Of a stretch of DNA of 64,000 bases, positions 57,859 through 64,000 are shown in pieces. Within the stretch, counting starts at the first letter, position 1; every line of letters begins with the position of its first letter. A program made the position numbers and the translations under genes. Below the pieces are notes generated by a model. The model did no database searches, was not told where the DNA came from, and saw nothing but the letters and a program-made list of their open reading frames with translations. Origin of the DNA: Candidatus Sulfomarinibacteraceae bacterium (GTDB lineage Bacteria; Acidobacteriota; Thermoanaerobaculia; Thermoanaerobaculales; Sulfomarinibacteraceae); the NCBI GenBank assembly GCA_963796455.1, contig CAWCLO010000001.1:512001-576000 (forward strand), written 5' to 3'.

Positions 57859-59028
57859 ATGATCGTCGGAATCGTCAAGGAGAGCTTCCCGGACGAAGCC
57901 CGAGTCGCGATGGTTCCCGCTCTCGTACCCCAGCTGGCGAAGGCCGGTATGGATGTGGTCATCGAGAGTGGAGCCGGCACCGAAGCAGGTTTTTTGGACG
58001 AGGAGTACAGCGCCAAGGGAGCCACCGTGCTCGCTTCGCGCGCTGAAGTTTTTCAAAAGGCCGATCTGATTGCACAGGTACGGGCACTTGGGGCCAACCC
58101 GGAAGCGGGAAAGGCGGATCTCGAACTGATCCGCGACGGTCAAACGATCGTCGGGACCTGCGAGCCCCTCACGGAGCACGCATCGAACACGGCGATCGCG
58201 GAAAAGGGCGCAACTCTGTTCTCGATGGAGATGATGCCCCGCATCACCCGCGCCCAGAGCATGGACGTGCTGTCGTCGATGGCCACCATCGCCGGCTACA
58301 AGGCAGTGCTGCTCGCCGCCAACGCCCTACCGAAGATGTTCCCGATGATGATGACCGCCGCCGGCACCCTCGCACCGGCCAGGGTCTTTGTGGTCGGCGC
58401 GGGCGTCGCCGGTTTGCAGGCCATTGCCTCGGCCAAAAAACTCGGCGCCATCGTCGAGGCCTACGACGTGCGACCCGCCGTCAAGGAACAGGTCGAGAGC
58501 CTCGGCGGAAAGTTCGTCGAATTCGAACTCGAGACCGACACCGCTGAAGATGCGGGCGGCTATGCCAAAGAACTCGGTGAAGATTTCTATAAAAAACAAC
58601 GAGAGATGATGCTCGCGGTCGTGGCGGCAAGTGATGTCGTCATAACCACCGCGGCCATCCCCGGTAAAAAGGCGCCGATCCTCGTGACCACCGAAATGGT
58701 CGAAGGAATGCACCCGGGTTCGGTGATCGTCGATCTCGCCGCCGAACGCGGCGGCAACTGCGAACTCACCAAGGCCGGCGAGGACGTCGTGGTCGGTGGG
58801 GTCAAGATCATCGGCCCCATCAACATCCCGACGGCCATCCCGTACCACGCCAGCCAGATGTACGCCAAGAACGTGGCGACCTTCCTGCTCCACCTTGTCG
58901 AAGACGGCAAGCTCAAAATGGATATGGAAGACGAAATCACGGTCGGCACCCTGATCACCAAGGGTGGAAAGATCGTCCACGAGAGAGTCCTCGAGGCCGC
59001 GGGCGCCTCGAGCGAAGGGGGCGAATAA
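57859..59028 (+). CDS. pntA: NAD(P) transhydrogenase subunit alpha, part 1 (dI)
   Basis: PRITRAQSMDVLSS, GAGVAGLQA, DLAAERGGNC. Confidence 0.95.
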   Translation: MIVGIVKESFPDEARVAMVPALVPQLAKAGMDVVIESGAGTEAGFLDEEYSAKGATVLASRAEVFQKADLIAQVRALGANPEAGKADLELIRDGQTIVGTCEPLTEHASNTAIAEKGATLFSMEMMPRITRAQSMDVLSSMATIAGYKAVLLAANALPKMFPMMMTAAGTLAPARVFVVGAGVAGLQAIASAKKLGAIVEAYDVRPAVKEQVESLGGKFVEFELETDTAEDAGGYAKELGEDFYKKQREMMLAVVAASDVVITTAAIPGKKAPILVTTEMVEGMHPGSVIVDLAAERGGNCELTKAGEDVVVGGVKIIGPINIPTAIPYHASQMYAKNVATFLLHLVEDGKLKMDMEDEITVGTLITKGGKIVHERVLEAAGASSEGGE

Positions 59029-59029
59029 C

Positions 59030-59323
59030 ATGAGTGGCCTGGTCATGCTCATTACGGTCTTCGTGCTGGCGGTTTTCGTCGGCTTTGAAATCATCACCAA
59101 AGTGCCGCCGACGCTGCACACCCCGTTGATGTCGGGTTCGAACGCAATCTCCGGCATCACGATCATCGGCGCTCTGATCCTGGCTGGAGTATTGGACGAT
59201 CAAGCCGGATTCAGTCAAATCGGGAAATATATGGCCTTCCTGGCCGTGATATTCGCATCCATCAATGTGGTTGGCGGGTTTTTGGTGACCGGCCGCATGT
59301 TGAAGATGTTCCAACGGAAGTAG
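59030..59323 (+). CDS. NAD(P) transhydrogenase subunit alpha, part 2 (membrane)
   Basis: VPPTLHTPLMSGSNAISG, NVVGGFLVTGRML. Confidence 0.93.
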   Translation: MSGLVMLITVFVLAVFVGFEIITKVPPTLHTPLMSGSNAISGITIIGALILAGVLDDQAGFSQIGKYMAFLAVIFASINVVGGFLVTGRMLKMFQRK

Positions 59324-59336
59324 GCGGGGGATTGAC

Positions 59337-60890
59337 ATGGTAGATCAAAACATCGTCAACATCGTCTATCTCATTGCAGCGATCTTCTTTATCCTCGACC
59401 TGAAGATGCTCGCCCACCCGCGAACTGCGGTGCGCGGCAACCAACTCGGCGCTTTCGGCATGGTGCTGGCTATCATCGCCACCCTGGCCAGCGGCACCTG
59501 GGACTGGACCTACATCATTCTCGGCATCGGCATCGGCTCCTTCATCGGGGCGGTGGCGGCGCTCAGGGTGAAAATGACATCGATGCCGGAACTCGTCGGT
59601 CTGTTCAACGGTTTCGGCGGCATCGCTTCTGTTCTCGTCGCCGGTTCGGCCCTGGTGGCGACCTTTAACGCCGTTGGCGCGGGCCTCCCCGATAACAGTA
59701 TGCAGATGAAGGTTGCCACCGTCTTGTCGGGCCTCATCGGTTCGGTCACCTTCTTCGGGTCGTACGTGGCCTTCGGCAAGTTGGCCGAGTTCCTGTGCGT
59801 CAAGTGGAAGCTCCATACATGGCAGAAGATCGTCAAGTACGGCTTCTCGCTGGCCGTCGCCGCCACAGGTGTCTGGTACGGCTTCACCATGGAATTCATC
59901 CCGCTGTCCATCGTCGTCATGGTGTCGGCGCTGCTGATCGGCGGTCTGTTGCTTCCCAAGAAAGACCGATTCCCCGGGATGGACATCCTCAAGGGGTTGT
60001 CGGCTATTGCCTCGGTCGCACTTGGCGTGATGTTGGTTCTCGATCCATCGAACACCCCCCTCTTCTGGGCGCTAGTGGCGGTTGCCGGCGTACTTGGAGT
60101 CATCCTGACGCTGTCGATCGGCGGCGCCGACATGCCGGTCGTCATCGCGCTCCTGAATTCCTATTCGGGTCTCGCCGCCGCAGCTACCGGCTTTGTCATC
60201 AGCAACACCGTGTTGATCATCGCCGGTGCGCTGGTTGGGGCCTCGGGTCTCATTCTGACCAAGATCATGTGCAAGGCCATGAACCGCTCCCTGACCAATG
60301 TGCTCTTCGGCACCATGGGCCCCACCGCCGACACGCCCGACGCGGACGAGGTCTACAAGACCGTCAAGGCAGCATCGGCGGACGAGGTTGCCATGACCCT
60401 CGAAGTGGCGCAGAAGGTCCTCATCGTTCCCGGTTACGGTATGGCGGTGGCACAGGCGCAGCACGCGGTGCGCGACATCGCGACCTTCCTCGAGGACAAG
60501 GGCATCGAGGTCGAGTACGGAATCCACCCGGTGGCAGGCCGCATGCCAGGCCACATGAATGTGCTGCTGGCCGAGGCCGACGTGGCCTACGACAAGCTCA
60601 AGGAGATGGACGAAGTCAACGCGACCATGGAACAGGTCGACGTGGTCATCGTTCTCGGAGCCAACGATGTGGTCAACCCGGTCGCCCGGACCGACCCCGG
60701 CAGTCCGATCGCGGGCATGCCCATCATCGATGTCGACAAGGCGCGAACTGTTGTCGTCGTCAAACGCAGCCTGAGCCCGGGTTTCGCCGGAATCCCCAAT
60801 CCCCTCTTCGCCGCCGACAACACGCTGATGTTTTTCTCCGACGGCAAGAAAGCGATGCTCGAGCTATTGGCGGCGCTCAAAGACACTTAG
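59337..60890 (+). CDS. pntB: NAD(P) transhydrogenase subunit beta
   Basis: IGGADMPVVIALLNSYSG, PGYGMAVAQAQH, HPVAGRMPGHMNVLLAEA. Confidence 0.96.
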   Translation: MVDQNIVNIVYLIAAIFFILDLKMLAHPRTAVRGNQLGAFGMVLAIIATLASGTWDWTYIILGIGIGSFIGAVAALRVKMTSMPELVGLFNGFGGIASVLVAGSALVATFNAVGAGLPDNSMQMKVATVLSGLIGSVTFFGSYVAFGKLAEFLCVKWKLHTWQKIVKYGFSLAVAATGVWYGFTMEFIPLSIVVMVSALLIGGLLLPKKDRFPGMDILKGLSAIASVALGVMLVLDPSNTPLFWALVAVAGVLGVILTLSIGGADMPVVIALLNSYSGLAAAATGFVISNTVLIIAGALVGASGLILTKIMCKAMNRSLTNVLFGTMGPTADTPDADEVYKTVKAASADEVAMTLEVAQKVLIVPGYGMAVAQAQHAVRDIATFLEDKGIEVEYGIHPVAGRMPGHMNVLLAEADVAYDKLKEMDEVNATMEQVDVVIVLGANDVVNPVARTDPGSPIAGMPIIDVDKARTVVVVKRSLSPGFAGIPNPLFAADNTLMFFSDGKKAMLELLAALKDT

Positions 60891-60912
60891 AGCCGCCGTT
60901 CACCAAAAAATG

Positions 60913-60943
60913 AACCGCCCGCCAATTGGCGGGCGGTTTTTTG
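60913..60943 (+). terminator. Intrinsic terminator after pntB
   Basis: AACCGCCCGCC/GGCGGGCGGTT stem + T run. Confidence 0.85.
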
Positions 60944-60977
60944 TCCCAGATCGTTCGGCATCGGTAGAATCTCTTCT

Positions 60978-62936
60978 ATGCTCCGTGCCATCCTCGTCGT
61001 TTTCTGCAGCATCCTGCTCCTCCAGTCTTCGCTGGTCGAGGCGAAGGAACGAGTTGTTGTCGTAATCGATGTCTCTGCCGAGATGTGGCACACGCTCGAC
61101 CAGGCGACGCCGAGAATCGTGGCGTTCCGATCGGCCTTCGATGCATTTCTCGACTCACCCGATCTCCACCGTCATGACATCGAAATCGGCCTCAGGACAA
61201 TGGGCGGGAATCGCAACCTGATCGATGACGGAGTCTGTGACGACACCGAGATGCGGATTGCCGTCGGAGAGATCGACCCCAATGTTTGGCGGGTCACCCT
61301 CGATCAGTTCGAACCTGCAGGCAAACGGCCCCTTGCTGAAGCCATTGTGGCCGCCGCAGCCGAGTTGAGGGCGGCCGGCGGAGGGCTGATCGTCGTTGTG
61401 ACATCCGGGGCCGACACCTGCGACGGCGACATCCCGTCGGCGCTGGAATTTGCTGCCGCCATCGAACCGAAAATCGATGCAAAGATCATCGGTCTAGCTC
61501 TCGATCAGGAAGCGGCAACCTCGGCGGCACAGCTGGTGCCGACCAAGAACGTGTCCGATCCGTTGCAGCTCTACCAGGCACTCGAGTGGGCAGTCCTGCC
61601 AAACGAGCCAAAGGCACCCAAGGCCCCGTTGACCGAATTCTTATTTTCACGTGGTGGGATACCGATCGACGACTCCCGCGTATCATTCCGACGCTATCTT
61701 GGACAGGAGATCACGACGACCACCCTGACGGGCGACCGTATGCGCCTCCGGATCGAGCCCGGCAGATACCATGCCACGATCGGCAATGACCTTCAGCCTC
61801 AGATCGAGATCACAGGGATTTCCGTCGAGCCGGCTGGTGGGCTGATCGAGATCGATCTCCCGGCCGCCCCCGCTGCAACTCTCGCAGTCAACCCCGACGA
61901 GCCGTTGGACGGCGAAACGATTTACGTCGAGTTCTGGGGCGCACCCACCGTCAACAGCTGGATTGCCGTTGCCGTGTCCGGGGCCCCTGCCAACGAATAT
62001 CTGACTCGCGTCCCGGTCTCCTCAATCGATGGCGAGGCGGGGTTGCATCTGCCACCCGGAAGCTCGCAGACGCTCGAAGCACGGTTGCTTTCCGACCTCG
62101 GCGGCGGCGTCACCCTGGTCTCCGGACAGGCGCCCTTTAGCGTCCGTACCGCCAGGGCAACCCTCCATGTCCCTGCAACCGCAAAATCCCGTGCGCCGAT
62201 CACCATTGAGTGGAAAGGACCGAGTATCCCGGGAGACCACGTGGTGATCACCCCAAAAGACGACACCATTGTCGGTCACCAAACCTGCGTTCTTGCAACA
62301 GCCGGGGGTGTCGAAATCCGTGCCCCTGTGGTGCCGGGGGTCTACACGGTCCGCTATCTCTCGTCGATGGGTCAGACACGGGCCCGCGCCGATCTCGAGG
62401 TCTTCGAGGTCTTGGCGAGCGTGTCGGGACCGAAGGTCGTCGTGCCCCAGGTCGAAATGGCGGTGGAATGGACCGGACCGGGGCAGAAACAGGATTTTGT
62501 GACCGTGGCACGACTCGATTCTCCACCGGACAAATACATCCATTGGGTGCCGGTCAGCTCCGGAAATCCTGTTCTTCTCCGCGCTCCCTACGCACCCGGA
62601 GATTTTGAGCTTCGATATATCCGAGCGACCGATGGGTTGGTCCTTGCCAGCACGCCGCTCGAGGTGATCATGGAGAGGGTCCTGGTCAGCGTCCCACAGA
62701 AGGTCGAGTCGGGGACCCGTTTTCAGGTCCATTGGACGGGCACACCCGAAAAAAACGACATCATTGCGCTCGCCGAGATCGATTCGGCCCCACATGTCTA
62801 TATCGATTGGTCTTACATGTCCGGCGGCAGCCCGGTGATCCTGGCGGCACCTTTCGAAGCCGGAGAGTACGTCGTGCGATACCTCGGAGGACAGAAGCTC
62901 GAAATACGACATCACAAGAGGATTCGAATTGAATAA
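60978..62936 (+). CDS. Secreted vWA-domain protein with repeated Ig-like C-terminal modules
   Basis: Signal peptide; VVIDVSAEM, PLAEAI, VVVTSGADTC; repeated W.GP...D......P..PG.Y.VRY modules. Confidence 0.75.
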   Translation: MLRAILVVFCSILLLQSSLVEAKERVVVVIDVSAEMWHTLDQATPRIVAFRSAFDAFLDSPDLHRHDIEIGLRTMGGNRNLIDDGVCDDTEMRIAVGEIDPNVWRVTLDQFEPAGKRPLAEAIVAAAAELRAAGGGLIVVVTSGADTCDGDIPSALEFAAAIEPKIDAKIIGLALDQEAATSAAQLVPTKNVSDPLQLYQALEWAVLPNEPKAPKAPLTEFLFSRGGIPIDDSRVSFRRYLGQEITTTTLTGDRMRLRIEPGRYHATIGNDLQPQIEITGISVEPAGGLIEIDLPAAPAATLAVNPDEPLDGETIYVEFWGAPTVNSWIAVAVSGAPANEYLTRVPVSSIDGEAGLHLPPGSSQTLEARLLSDLGGGVTLVSGQAPFSVRTARATLHVPATAKSRAPITIEWKGPSIPGDHVVITPKDDTIVGHQTCVLATAGGVEIRAPVVPGVYTVRYLSSMGQTRARADLEVFEVLASVSGPKVVVPQVEMAVEWTGPGQKQDFVTVARLDSPPDKYIHWVPVSSGNPVLLRAPYAPGDFELRYIRATDGLVLASTPLEVIMERVLVSVPQKVESGTRFQVHWTGTPEKNDIIALAEIDSAPHVYIDWSYMSGGSPVILAAPFEAGEYVVRYLGGQKLEIRHHKRIRIE

Positions 62937-63081
62937 GAAAAACCATGGCTCGAAAATACATCTTGAGTTGTGATGGTTGACCATTGGAGAGGATCTTGCT
63001 TAAGCATTTCGGTGGTAACCGACGTGCTGAGTCGATCGTAGGAACAATGACGAAATTCTGTGACCAATCCGAGGAGCATTC

Positions 63082-64000
63082 ATGAAATCGAAACTCGCGG
63101 CGACCCTCATCGCCCTTCTTGCTGCCGGCGCCTCTTTCGCCCAGGTGACACCCATTGCTCTGTTGGCCCACGTCGAAACTCTCGGCAGAGGGGCCGACGG
63201 GACGGTGGTCGGAGCCGTGCTCCAGATTGCACCCGAAGACCGGGGACGCGCCGGCGACCGGGTTCGGGTCGTGACAACTCTGCTCCAGGAAGGGAAGATC
63301 ATCGACCGGCAGAGCGGCGTGGTCAGCATTGAAGCCGATGGTTCGGCGATGTTGTACCGAGAATGGGATCCGGGCTCCTACGAGCTGCAAATCGGGATCT
63401 CCGCTCTCAGCGGAACCTCGGGTGGCGTGTGGATCGGCGACATCGTCGTCGAGGAAGCGACTGAGCCCTTCCAGGCCCCCGAAGGGGCGCCCATCGATGC
63501 CATCGCTCTCGATCTCATGCAGCCGAGCGAAGGCGTGGTTCATTTCCTTCCTCCGCCAAACCTCGGTGGACTCGGCGCCGTGCAGTTGGAGGTCGAAGCA
63601 CCTGAGGGAGCCGCATCGGTCGAGTTTTTTTCTGAAGACAACACGCTGGGCCGCCGCAACCGACCCCCCTGGACCGTTTCTATACCGCTCGGCGACATCA
63701 TCCGACGCACCCAGGTACGAGCAGTGGCATATGATGCCGACGGCAACTACCTGGGAGAGGACGCGATCGTCCTCAACAACCCGTCCGGCCAGATCGGCGT
63801 CGAGATCCTTCTCGCCCCCGAGTCCTCGATCAGAAACGGAAAACGAGCGGTCACGGTTGCGGTGAGCGGAGGCAAGAATATTGAACAGGTGCAGCTGAGT
63901 CTCGACGCAGATGTGGTGGCCCGATGGGCGTCCTGTCCCTGCGTCGCCGAGCTCTCGGTGGCCACGTTGCAACAGGCATCAGTGCTCTCTGCCGAAGTTG
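63082..64000 (+). CDS. Secreted hypothetical protein with Ig-like segment, runs off the window end
   Basis: GAGGAG SD, MKSKLAATLIALLAAGASFA signal peptide, open frame to the end (absent from ORF track because no stop codon). Confidence 0.75.
   Translation, partial: MKSKLAATLIALLAAGASFAQVTPIALLAHVETLGRGADGTVVGAVLQIAPEDRGRAGDRVRVVTTLLQEGKIIDRQSGVVSIEADGSAMLYREWDPGSYELQIGISALSGTSGGVWIGDIVVEEATEPFQAPEGAPIDAIALDLMQPSEGVVHFLPPPNLGGLGAVQLEVEAPEGAASVEFFSEDNTLGRRNRPPWTVSIPLGDIIRRTQVRAVAYDADGNYLGEDAIVLNNPSGQIGVEILLAPESSIRNGKRAVTVAVSGGKNIEQVQLSLDADVVARWASCPCVAELSVATLQQASVLSAEV

Noticed and set aside
62761..63972. 403-aa minus-strand ORF
   Set aside because: Antisense to the plus-strand CDS starting at 63082, which has an SD and signal peptide

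Overview
GC-rich bacterial chromosomal window. Gene content and style suggest an Acidobacteriota/Thermoanaerobaculia-like organism (inference only). It holds about 55 CDS, mostly housekeeping: tat/ttcA, S41 protease, dtd-murJ, ssb-HU, thiI, cinA-thpR-plsY-gpsA, PrpD plus a fungal-type homoaconitase, a DUF1302-DUF1329-YCF48-RND envelope operon, an arg operon, proC-alaS-recX-pilT, transporters, nnr-tsaE, SCP2/phasin, a ChvIG-like two-component system, pntAB and vWA-type proteins. I recognised no rRNA, tRNA, CRISPR array, transposase or reverse transcriptase. The main unexplained signal is intergenic. A dispersed element with ~20-bp imperfect terminal inverted repeats and complementary CAGCG/CGCTG repeat arms occurs four times. 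One copy carries a four-helix-bundle (23S-IVP/Avd-fold) gene whose SD sits in a ~135-nt hairpin; the other three are gene-less derivatives. Several other paired 7-8-nt tandem-repeat elements also occur. Metabolic novelties: an arg operon lacking argA/argJ but containing a DUF1611/DgcN-like gene (candidate new N-acylglutamate synthase, possibly succinyl-specific), and a PrpD + LYS4-type homoaconitase pair. All family calls come from motif recognition, not database searches.
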